51,455 bases of DNA from Candidatus Eiseniibacteriota bacterium (GCA_044229145.1 JBGATO010000026.1:1-51455); one strand, 5' to 3'; counted from the first letter of the stretch, positions 39,427 through 48,361 are shown. Notes: generated from the sequence alone by a model not told the origin. Numbers and translations: made by a program.

Positions 39427-40218
39427 ATGACGCTCGTCGATTTCTTCAGCCTCGCCATTCCGGTGACCTACCTAGTGTTTTGGGCCACCGAACGGCTGCG
39501 TCCCGCCCGGAGCTTTCCGCCGCGCCGTGGATGGGCCTGGATCGGGATCGTCTTTCTCGTGCTGTTGGGCACGCTGTCGAGCGTCGCACCGCTGCTGATT
39601 CCCGCGTCGTGGCTCGCGCGCCACCGGCTCCTCGATCTCAGCCACCTGCCACTCGGTGTGGCGATGGTGCTGGGCTACGCCGTCCTATCGCTGATCAACG
39701 CGCTGTGGCACCGCTCGGTGCACCGTGTCTCGTTCCTGTGGCGCGGCTTCCACCAGATCCACCACAGCCCGCAGCAGGTCGACATGCCGGGGTCGGTGCT
39801 GTTCCACCCCACCGAGATGGTCGCGTTCGCCCTCCTGCAGGTGGTGGCCACCACACTCATCCTCGGCTTGTCGCCGGTGGCGGCCGCCGGCGTCGGTTAC
39901 ATCGCCGCCTTCTATGGGATGTTCCAGCACTGGAACGTGCGCACCCCGCAGTGGCTCGGGTACGTGATCCAGCGCCCGGAATCGCACTGCGTGCATCACC
40001 AGCACGGCGTTCACGGCTTCAACTACTCGGACCTGCCGATCTGGGACATCCTGATGGGCAGCTTCCGCAATCCGGCGACCTGGCAGGGCGAGGCGGGCTT
40101 CGATGCGCCGGTGGCCAACCGGCTCGGTGCGATGCTGGCGTTCGCCGACGTCAACGCGCCGCTCTACGGTGGCGGCACGCGCGGGGCGATTGCCGGCGAC
40201 GGCTTGGCGCGCGCCTAG
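39427..40218 (+). CDS. Sterol desaturase / fatty acid hydroxylase family protein
   Basis: His boxes WHRSVH, HQIHH, FQH.N, HCVHH; hydrophobic segments. Confidence 0.92.
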   Translation: MTLVDFFSLAIPVTYLVFWATERLRPARSFPPRRGWAWIGIVFLVLLGTLSSVAPLLIPASWLARHRLLDLSHLPLGVAMVLGYAVLSLINALWHRSVHRVSFLWRGFHQIHHSPQQVDMPGSVLFHPTEMVAFALLQVVATTLILGLSPVAAAGVGYIAAFYGMFQHWNVRTPQWLGYVIQRPESHCVHHQHGVHGFNYSDLPIWDILMGSFRNPATWQGEAGFDAPVANRLGAMLAFADVNAPLYGGGTRGAIAGDGLARA

Positions 40219-40277
40219 GGCGCGGACCGCGCTGGACCGCTTGCGGGGGAGCGGAGCGTGTGGTGTCGTGGATCGCC

Positions 40278-41100
40278 ATGCACGCAGACGCCCACGACCT
40301 CTCCGCCGATCACGACCTCGCCGCGGTCCTGCGCGCGGAGCGCATCGACGATCACCACTTCCGGCTGCGCGTTCCCAGCAGTTGGCGCCAAGGACGTGGA
40401 GCGTTCGGGGGACTCGTGCTCGGGGCGCTGACGCGAGCCGCGGAGGCGGCGGAGCCGGATGGCGAACGCCTCACCCGCGCGGTCACCGGCGTCATTCCGG
40501 CCCTGTGCTGGCGGGCTTGAGCGCTCATCGAAGTGCGCGCTGCGGCGCGGCAGCGGCATGTCCACCGTTCGCGCCAGCCTCACCCAAAGCGGTGGCGCTG
40601 CTGGCCGAACCTTTCATCGTGCTCGGCCGCGATCGCCGCGACGCGCCGGAGTGGGGACGTCCGTCGCCGATACTGGCGCCGACTTCTTTGACGTCGGCGT
40701 GGTGCGCGTCGCGCCGCCTGAGCGCGGAGTACGCAGCATGAATACCGCTGCACCGGACCGCTGCCGTTCTCCGGCGCCCTCGCGCGCGCCGTTGACCGCC
40801 GGATGGGTGCGTCCGCGCACGCCGCTCGCCGCGCTCGGCGCGCCGGAAGTCGTGGCGATGGCGGACTCCTGGTGGCCGGCGTGGTTCTCGTTCGCCACCG
40901 CCGCACGGCCGGTGGGCACTGTCTCGTTCGCCCTGCAGTACTTCCCGCCGCCGGCCGGACACGACCCCGAGCAACCGCTGTACTTCCGCGGCCACGCCGA
41001 GCACGCCCGCGAAGGGTTCTACGCCGAGTTCCGCGAGTTGTGGACCGCCGACGGCCACCTGGTCGCCCTCAATCAGCAGACGGTGGTCATCATCCGCTAG
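40278..41100 (+). pseudogene. TesB-like acyl-CoA thioesterase, multiply frameshifted (pseudogene or sequence error)
   Basis: N-terminal W.QGRGAFGGLVLG in one frame; RRGSGMS, GPLPFSG, GWVR, ADSWWP, ELWTADG.LVALNQQ spread over different frames. Confidence 0.8.
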
Positions 41101-41213
41101 TCGCGAAGTGGCCGAAGGAGCTTGCCCGGCACACCCCTTCGTGCTAGACCATCGCACGCGAATCCGGCCGCGAGCCGGGCCTCCCACCGACCACTGTCGA
41201 AAAGGACGCGACC

Positions 41214-41834
41214 GTGCCGCTGTTCCGCTTCCTCCCGCGCGAGGAAAAGTTCTTCGATCTGTTCAAGGAATCGAGCGCCAACCTGGTGCGCGCCGCAGAC
41301 CTCTTCCGCGAACTCGCCGACCACTACGACCGCCTGCCGGACATCGTGGTCAAGATCCGCGAAATCGAACACGACGGCGACCACATCACGCACGTCCTCT
41401 TCGACAAGCTGAATCGCAGCTTCGTCACCCCGATCGACCGCGAGGACATCCACAACCTCGCGAGCGCGCTCGACGACGTGCTCGATGGGATGGAGGCGGT
41501 GGTGAACCGCCTCGTGCTATTCCGCATCGACCACACGACGCCGAACATGACGCGCTTGCTCCACATCGTCGCCGACGCGGCGACGGTGATCGACAAGGCG
41601 GTGCGCGAGCTGCGGTACATCGACGGCCTCACCGACTACACGATCGAAATCAATCGCCTCGAGAACGAAGCCGACACGATCAGCCGCGAATCGCTCGCCG
41701 CGCTGTTCGACGACTCGCACGACGCGGTCGAGATCATCAAGTGGAAGGAAATCTACGGGCGGCTGGAATCGTGCGCCGACCAGTGCGAGGACGTGGCGAA
41801 CGTGATCGACGCCATCGTGCTCAAGAATGCATGA
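41214..41834 (+). CDS. DUF47 / PhoU-like phosphate transport regulator
   Basis: LPREEKFFDLF, EHDGD, FVTPIDREDI, LENEAD, IKWKEIY..LE..D.CEDVAN. Confidence 0.93.
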   Translation: MPLFRFLPREEKFFDLFKESSANLVRAADLFRELADHYDRLPDIVVKIREIEHDGDHITHVLFDKLNRSFVTPIDREDIHNLASALDDVLDGMEAVVNRLVLFRIDHTTPNMTRLLHIVADAATVIDKAVRELRYIDGLTDYTIEINRLENEADTISRESLAALFDDSHDAVEIIKWKEIYGRLESCADQCEDVANVIDAIVLKNA

Positions 41835-42837
41835 CCAGCTGATCCTCGCGGTGGTGCTGCTCCTGGCACTCACCTTCGACTTCATCAACGGCTTCCACGA
41901 CACCGCGAACGCCATCGCCACCACGGTGCTCACGCGCGCCCTGTCGATCGGCCAGGCGATCGCGCTGGCGGCGGTGCTCAACTTCGCCGGGGCGCTCATC
42001 AGCACTTCGGTGGCGAAGACCATCGGCAAGGGGATCGTGCCGCCCACCGAGGTGACCCAGACGGTGGTGGCGGGCGCGCTGCTCGGCGCGATCGTGTGGA
42101 ATCTGCTCACCTGGTGGCTTGGTCTGCCGTCGTCGTCGTCGCACGCGCTGATCGGCGGCTTGGTGGGCTCGGTGCTCGTCGCGCGGGGCGCCGGTGTCAT
42201 CGAGTGGGGCGGCCTGCGCACCATCTTCACGTCGCTCTTGGTGAGCCCGCTGATCGGATTCTTCGCCGGTGGGTTCCTGATGATCGGCATCTACTGGCTC
42301 TTCCGGCATGCGCGCCCCGCGCCGCTCAATCGCCGCTTCAAGCGCTGGCAGGTAGCATCCGCAGCCGCCATGGCGGTGTCGCACGGCATGGGTGACGCGC
42401 AGAAGACGATGGGCGTGATGACCATGGCGTTGGTCGCGTCGGGCCTGCATCAGGGAGACGCGAGCGGCGCCTTCATCGTGCCGATGTGGATCAAACTCTC
42501 GGCCGCCACCGCGATGGCGATCGGGACCGCGGCCGGCGGATGGCGGATCATCAAGACGGTCGGCGAGAAGATGGTCACCGGCATGCAGCCGGTACACGGC
42601 TTCGCCGCCGAGACCGCGGGCGCCGCGGTCATCCTCACCGCATCGCACTTCGGCTGGCCGGTGTCGACGACGCACTGCATCTCGTCGAGCATCATGGGCG
42701 TCGGCAGCGCGCGCAGTAACCGCTCGCTGCGCTTCGGCGTGCTGCAGAAGATCTTCCTCGCCTGGACGTTCACGCTGCCGATCTCGGCGCTGGCCGGCGG
42801 GATGTTCTACTACGTGCTGCACCTGCTTCTCGACTAA
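41827..42837 (+). CDS. pit: Inorganic phosphate transporter (PiT family)
   Basis: NGFHDTANAIAT, GLPSSSSHALIGG, HG..DAQK.MG, GWRIIKT.G, PVSTTH. Confidence 0.95.
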   Translation: MHDQLILAVVLLLALTFDFINGFHDTANAIATTVLTRALSIGQAIALAAVLNFAGALISTSVAKTIGKGIVPPTEVTQTVVAGALLGAIVWNLLTWWLGLPSSSSHALIGGLVGSVLVARGAGVIEWGGLRTIFTSLLVSPLIGFFAGGFLMIGIYWLFRHARPAPLNRRFKRWQVASAAAMAVSHGMGDAQKTMGVMTMALVASGLHQGDASGAFIVPMWIKLSAATAMAIGTAAGGWRIIKTVGEKMVTGMQPVHGFAAETAGAAVILTASHFGWPVSTTHCISSSIMGVGSARSNRSLRFGVLQKIFLAWTFTLPISALAGGMFYYVLHLLLD

Positions 42838-42844
42838 GACGGCA

Positions 42845-42913
42845 CGAGCCCCCCGCCGTGGCGAGGGGCTCGCGGATCTCCGGGCCCCGCGGACGCCGGC
42901 GACGTCCGCGGGG
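42845..42913. terminator. Pair of hairpins between convergent genes
   Basis: CGAGCCCC..GGGGCTCG and CCCCGCGGACG..CGTCCGCGGGG stems. Confidence 0.55.
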
Positions 42914-42922
42914 TTCTCGTGT

Positions 42923-43837
42923 TTAGCGGCCGGCGTAGCGGGCCTTGATGGCGCCCCAGGTCGTGCTGCGCACCGCGGTGGAGGGCTGCCACGAGATCAG
43001 CGCGATCTGCGACAGCTGGCCTTCCGTCGAGGAGCCCATGATCAGGCTCTGGCAGCCGTCGTGCAGCCAGTGCAACCCGACCGGGATCGTGTAGGCGACG
43101 TGGAAGGTGAGCTGGTCGTCGCCGGTGTTGCTGCCGACGAAGCTCGCGGTGATTTCGCCGTTGGCGTCGGTGACGCCGGCACCCGACGTCGGATTGACAC
43201 CGGTGACATCCCACGACACCGCGACGCCCGACATGAGATTGCCGTTCTGGTCGCGCAGGGTGGCCACCACGCTCGCGGTCTGGCCGGGCGTGTGCACCGA
43301 CGACGCCGGGTTCACGGTCAGGGTCGTCGGCGTCGGCGCGACGGTGGCCGACGACGCCGCGGCGACGATCGCCCGTGCCGCGTCGAAGATGTAGCCGGGC
43401 GTTCCGCCGGTCGAGATGTCGACGCCGTCACTGAAGTGCCAAATCGCCAGCTGCACCGCCTGCGCCCGTTCGGCCACCGAGCCAAGGCTCGCCGGCTCCG
43501 AGGCCACCGCCGGGTAGTAGTGGTTGAGGATCCAGATGATCTCCGGCGACGCGACATCCGGCCCCTGCGTGTAACACGCGGGGAAGCACAGCGAGTGATT
43601 GATGTCGACGCAGTAGAGCTCCGCCGGCGTCGTGTTGTCGATCAGCGTACGGATGGTGCCGGACCACACGCCGGTGCCGCCGAGGATGTTCGGGTGGACG
43701 ACGGAGTTGCCGACGCCCTTCACTTGCGTGTCCCAATCGCCTTGCAGGCAGGCGACGGATGCGAATGAGAACGACGCGAAGGCTGTGCCGAGACACAGCG
43801 CGGCGGCCGCGACGAGGGCGCGCGTGCGCAAGAACAT
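42923..43837 (-). CDS. Secreted Cys-Gln thioester-domain (TQXA) protein with Ig-like (Big_1) insert and C-terminal TWG tag
   Basis: LYCVD, WIL.HYYP, AVQLAIWHFSD, ATLRDQNGN..SGV.V...TDANG, CQSLI, AVRSTTWGAIKARYAGR; AAGGAG RBS. Confidence 0.85.
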   Translation of the reverse strand: MFLRTRALVAAAALCLGTAFASFSFASVACLQGDWDTQVKGVGNSVVHPNILGGTGVWSGTIRTLIDNTTPAELYCVDINHSLCFPACYTQGPDVASPEIIWILNHYYPAVASEPASLGSVAERAQAVQLAIWHFSDGVDISTGGTPGYIFDAARAIVAAASSATVAPTPTTLTVNPASSVHTPGQTASVVATLRDQNGNLMSGVAVSWDVTGVNPTSGAGVTDANGEITASFVGSNTGDDQLTFHVAYTIPVGLHWLHDGCQSLIMGSSTEGQLSQIALISWQPSTAVRSTTWGAIKARYAGR

Positions 43838-44198
43838 GGTGGACTCCTTCTCGGGGAGCGAGCGGGTCACGAACGGGCGAGGCGGGGAACCTCGCGATGC
43901 ACGAACTCAGGGTGCGAAGCATGTTGGCTTCGGAAGCGCGCTGGCTTCGATCGGCGGGGAGTACGCGGACAAGTATAGCACGCCGATGGTCTGCCTTGAC
44001 CGGTCCACGGCAACGTGCGAATTTTTTTCACATCGGTTTCAACCGGCCTCGGGGGCCGCGGGTCCATCTGCGCGTCGTCGGCAAGCACGAGGAAGTGAGT
44101 CCCCCTCCTCTCGTGGCCCTCTGGACGAGCGCGAGCCCATCGTCCGCGCAGAGCCGCACCTGCGCGATCGCCGGAACACCCTTAGCGAGGTACCCAGG

Positions 44199-45134
44199 AT
44201 GACTCGACTCACCGTTGCAAGCGCCGCCGTCGCCGTCGCGGCCGTGGCGCTCGTGGGATGCAAATCGATTTCCACCCCGGACACCTCCGGTACGACGAGC
44301 GGGAGTCCCGTCTCGGTCGCCAGCACGATCAACCAGGATGTCGCCGCGACTGCGGCGGAAGACGCCCAGATGTTCAATCCGCAGTGCGTGCCGGGCGGCT
44401 TGGGTTTCCCGTTCGTGCCGGGCGAACCGCAGGGCTGCGACTACGATGCATCGACCGGCGCGCACACCTGTTCGCGGGTCGACAATGGCAGTGGCCGGAG
44501 CATGAGCCGCAGCTACACCTTCCTCGACGCCGCCGGGGCGGCACAGGAGAACTACGACGCGGCGACCACCGCCGCCGTGCATTTCGTCGAATCACACAGC
44601 GGCTCGGAGAGCCACGGACAGTTCTCGTCGAGCGGCAACGGGAGCTGGGATCTGATGGAGTCGGGCATGGCGGGCAGCGAGACCAGCCGGACGTGGAACG
44701 GCAGTGGCTCGGACGTGCGCACCATGAACGGCGTGGACTCCACGGGTGCGGCCTTCGGCTTCACCACCACCACGACGATGACCGTGGAGAACGTCGTCGT
44801 GCCGGAACCGTGGTCGCGTGACGTGTGGCCGTCGTCGGGGACGGTTACGCGGCACACGGTGCCGAGTAACGTGACGGGCAACGGCCGCGTTCCGCAGGAG
44901 ATCACCTCGGTGCTGACCTTCAACGGCACCTCCACCGTGACGCTGGTGGTCAACGGCGTGAGCCAGACCATCGACCTCCGTAAGCCGCCGATGCATCCGG
45001 GCGGTCCGGGCATGGGTGGCCCGGGTGGTCGGCCGGGTGGACACGGTGGTGGTCCGGGCGGTCCCGGTGGTCCGGGCGGGCCCGGTGGGCCCGGCGGTAA
45101 CCCGGGAGGTCAGGGCGGCCGCGGCGGCAACTAG
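44199..45134 (+). CDS. Lipoprotein with Gly/Pro-rich C-terminal tail
   Basis: Lipobox LVG|C, beta-rich body ending WPSSGT...LTFNG....LVVNG, tail of GGP repeats. Confidence 0.8.
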   Translation: MTRLTVASAAVAVAAVALVGCKSISTPDTSGTTSGSPVSVASTINQDVAATAAEDAQMFNPQCVPGGLGFPFVPGEPQGCDYDASTGAHTCSRVDNGSGRSMSRSYTFLDAAGAAQENYDAATTAAVHFVESHSGSESHGQFSSSGNGSWDLMESGMAGSETSRTWNGSGSDVRTMNGVDSTGAAFGFTTTTTMTVENVVVPEPWSRDVWPSSGTVTRHTVPSNVTGNGRVPQEITSVLTFNGTSTVTLVVNGVSQTIDLRKPPMHPGGPGMGGPGGRPGGHGGGPGGPGGPGGPGGPGGNPGGQGGRGGN

Positions 45135-45236
45135 TCACGTCGTGCATGACGAAAGGCGAGGGGGAGATGCGATGGCATCTTCCCCTCGTCGCGTTATCGG
45201 CGTGCAACCGCGCGATGGCTGAGGCAAGATACCGGC

Positions 45237-46928
45237 ATGGCTATCATTCTTCGAACCGAACGCGCTCCCATTTCGCGTTCGTGGACACTCTCCGATCCCA
45301 CGATCACCCTCGGCCGTGCCGAGGACAACACGGTCTGCGTGCCGGACCCGACGGTCTCCAAGCAGCACGCGATGCTCACGTTGGTGGGCGACCGCTACAC
45401 CGTGCGCGACCTCGGTAGTCGCAATGGCACCCGCGTCAACGGCGTCTCCATCATGGACGGCCGCGCGTTGGCGGATGGGGACCTGCTCGAGATCGGGCAC
45501 GCCACCCTGCGCGTCGGTCCGCCCGACGCCCGGCCCGCCGCGCACGAAGGCTCGGGCACGCGCGTGTCGGTGCCCGGCCTCGCCGGCGTGCCGGAAGCGC
45601 ACGTCGAAAATCCGTCGATCGTCATGGACGCTTCGCTGCTCCTCCAGCGGATCGCGGAGCAGGCGCCGGCGGCGACCGGTGATTCCGGCGAGGCGCGCAA
45701 GGTGCTGCGCGTGCTGCTCGAAGCGGGACGAACGCTCGGCCGCCCGCAGCCCGAGGCCGAAGTCGCCGAAGAGTTGGTCCGGCTCGTCGAAGAGTTCCTC
45801 GCCGCGCACCGCGTGGTGCTGCTGGTGCGGCAAGAGAAGAGCGAGGAGCTCGAACAGGCCGCGGCTCGCCAGAAAGGCGCCGGCACCCGCGAGCCGATGG
45901 TGCTCTCCCGCACCATTCGCGAACGCGTGCTCTCCGAATGCGCCGCCGTGGTGACGCGCGACGCGGCGAGCGACCCGCGCTTCCAGGCGAGCGCCAGCAT
46001 CGTCGCCACCGGCGTGCGCGCCGCGATGGCGGTGCCGCTGTTCGACAACGAGCAAGTGTTCGGCTTGCTCTACGCGGACTCCAACGACCTGTTCGCCAGC
46101 TATGGCGAACACGAGCTCGAGTTGCTGACCGTGCTCGCCAACATGGCGGCGATCAAGATTCGCCACGTCCGCGTGATGGCGGCGGAGGCCGAGCGTGCGC
46201 GTCTCACGCAGGAACTGGCCACTGCCTCGCGCATCCAGCAGCGGCTGCTGCCGAAGGTGCCGAAGGACTGGCCGGCGTGCGACGTCGCCGCGCGGCTGGA
46301 CACCTGTTACGAAGTCGGCGGTGACCTGTACGATTTCCACCGCCGCGAGGATGGCACCTGCATCGTGCTGGTGGGGGACGTGTCGGGCAAAGGCCTCGGT
46401 GCGGCGCTCTACGTGTCGTCCCTGGTCGCCGCGGCGCGCGCGATGTACGACACCTGCGCCGGCCCGGCCGACCTCGCTGCGCGCCTCAGCACGCTCATGG
46501 AGCGGCAGAGTCGTCCCGGCCAGTTCGTGACGCTGTTCATCGGCTTCTACACGCCGGCGACCGGCGAGTGGTGTTACGCGAATGCCGGCCACAACCCGCC
46601 GCTCTTGGTGTCCGGGGACGACGTGAAGGCGCTCGAGGCCACGGGCCTGCCGGTCGGCGCGTTCCCGGGATTTCCGTACGGGGAAGAGCGCTGCGTGTGC
46701 CCGCCCGGCGCGACCCTGGTGCTGTTCTCCGACGGCGTGGTCGAGGCCGCGCACGGCGAGGAGATGTACGGCGACGACCGCCTGGCGGACCTCGTGAAGC
46801 GCGAGAGTCACGCGTCGTCCACCGCGGATTGCTTCGCCGACGCCATCGTCACCGAGGTGCGGCAGTTCCTCGCCACCAGCCCGCGCGGCGACGACACGAC
46901 GGTGGTGGTCGTGCGCCGTCCCGTCTGA
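45237..46928 (+). CDS. FHA-GAF-PP2C (SpoIIE/RsbU-like) phosphatase
   Basis: LGR...VSKQHA...DLGSRNGT.VNG (FHA); AMAVPL..GLLYAD (GAF); VGGDLYD, GDVSGKG, NAGHNPP, FSDG, DDTT. Confidence 0.93.
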   Translation: MAIILRTERAPISRSWTLSDPTITLGRAEDNTVCVPDPTVSKQHAMLTLVGDRYTVRDLGSRNGTRVNGVSIMDGRALADGDLLEIGHATLRVGPPDARPAAHEGSGTRVSVPGLAGVPEAHVENPSIVMDASLLLQRIAEQAPAATGDSGEARKVLRVLLEAGRTLGRPQPEAEVAEELVRLVEEFLAAHRVVLLVRQEKSEELEQAAARQKGAGTREPMVLSRTIRERVLSECAAVVTRDAASDPRFQASASIVATGVRAAMAVPLFDNEQVFGLLYADSNDLFASYGEHELELLTVLANMAAIKIRHVRVMAAEAERARLTQELATASRIQQRLLPKVPKDWPACDVAARLDTCYEVGGDLYDFHRREDGTCIVLVGDVSGKGLGAALYVSSLVAAARAMYDTCAGPADLAARLSTLMERQSRPGQFVTLFIGFYTPATGEWCYANAGHNPPLLVSGDDVKALEATGLPVGAFPGFPYGEERCVCPPGATLVLFSDGVVEAAHGEEMYGDDRLADLVKRESHASSTADCFADAIVTEVRQFLATSPRGDDTTVVVVRRPV

Positions 46929-46941
46929 TAGCATCGCCCGC

Positions 46942-48336
46942 ATGACGACACTCCGCGCGACATGCGCGCTTCTGGCCATGCTGGCCGCCGCGTCCGCCGC
47001 GGCGCCGGCCTCGGCGGCCGCCGCGAAGCGGTCGCCCGCACACGCCGCGCACAAGGCACCCGCGCACGGCGTGCTCCCGTGGGTCGAAGACGATTACGCG
47101 AAGGCACTCTCCGCGGCGAAGGCCAAGGACGTGCCGATCTTCGTCGAGATCTGGGCGCCCTGGTGACACACCTGTCGCTCCATGAAAGCGAACGTCTTCA
47201 CGGACGCGAGCTTCGGAGCGGATGCCGGACGGTTCGTCTGGCTCAGCGTGAACACCGAACGGGCCGTCACCGCGGGATTCGTCAAGCAGTTCCCCTTCCC
47301 GGCCTGGCCGACCTTCTTCGTCATCGATCCGCGTGATCAGCACGTGGTGCTGCGATGGATCGGCGGCATGTCGATCGCGCAGACGCACGCGCTGCTCGAC
47401 GAGGGCGCGGCCATCTACCACCGCCCGCCTGCATCGCTGACCGCGCTCGACCGCACGCTGCGCCTCGCCGACTCGCTGTACGCGGCGGGGGACAACGCGG
47501 GCGCCGGCACGGCGTATCTCGCGGCGCTCGATCAGGCGCCGGAGAACTGGCCGACGTACCGGCGCACCGTGGAGTCGGCGTCGTTCGCGCTCTCGAGTGC
47601 CGACAGTGTCGAGGCGGCGTTGCGCCTCGTGTCCCGCGGATTGCCGCATGTCATGGGCACGGCGTCCGAGCTGAGCCTGGCATCCACCGGCCTCAGCATG
47701 GCGCTGGAGCTGCCGAAGGACGATCCGCGCCGCGCCGGCCTCGTCGCGCAGTACGAGAAGCAGACCGCGGCACTCGTCGCGCACCCGCCGGCCGACTGTA
47801 GCGGCGACGACATCGCCGGCTACTACAGCGCGCTCGTCGATGCGCGCGACCAAGCCGGCGATTCACTCGGCGTGCAGAAGCGCCTCGCAGAGTGGGCGGC
47901 GTTCATGGAGACGGCGATCGCCGCGGCGCCGAGCCCCGACGCGCGCACCGTGTTCGACGGCAACCTCGTCGAGGTGTTCCACCAACTCGGCACACCCGAG
48001 AAGGCGGTGCCGTATCTGCTCGCCAACGAGCGCGACCTGCCGAACGACTACAACCCCGCGGCACGTCTCGGCATGGCGTATCTGTACATGAAGGACTTCG
48101 ACAAGGCGCTCGCCGCCAACGACCGGGCGATGACGAAGGTGTACGGCCCGCGCAAGCTGCGGGTGTACACGATTCGCACCGACATCCTGGTTGCCAAGGG
48201 CGATAGCGCGGCGGCGCAGGCGACGCTTGGTGAGGCCATCGCGTTCGCCAAGGCGCTGCCCGACGGACAGCGCAGCGAGCGGCAGATCGCCGCGTTGGAG
48301 AAGCGTCTGGCGACCATGCAAGGCGGCGCGCACTAG
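46942..48336 (+). CDS. Exported thioredoxin-fold + TPR protein with in-frame UGA (probable selenocysteine, UxxC)
   Basis: ORFs 46942-47166 and 47182-48336 are in one frame separated only by TGA 47164-47166; readthrough gives PIFVEIWAPW-U-HTCRSM; cis-Pro motif AWPTFFVIDP follows; 464 aa. Confidence 0.85.
47176..47220 (+). promoter_or_regulatory. Candidate bacterial SECIS hairpin
   Basis: CGCTCC/GGAGCG, AAGC/GCTT, CGTCT/GGACG stems starting 9 nt after UGA; apical loop UCAC. Confidence 0.5.
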
Positions 48337-48361
48337 CCTCGCGCACCGCGCAGTCACACGA

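Noticed and set aside
47182..48336. Stand-alone 384-aa gene starting at ATG 47182
   Set aside because: No RBS, and it would begin just after the active-site motif of a Trx fold whose first half and signal peptide are in-frame upstream of the TGA.
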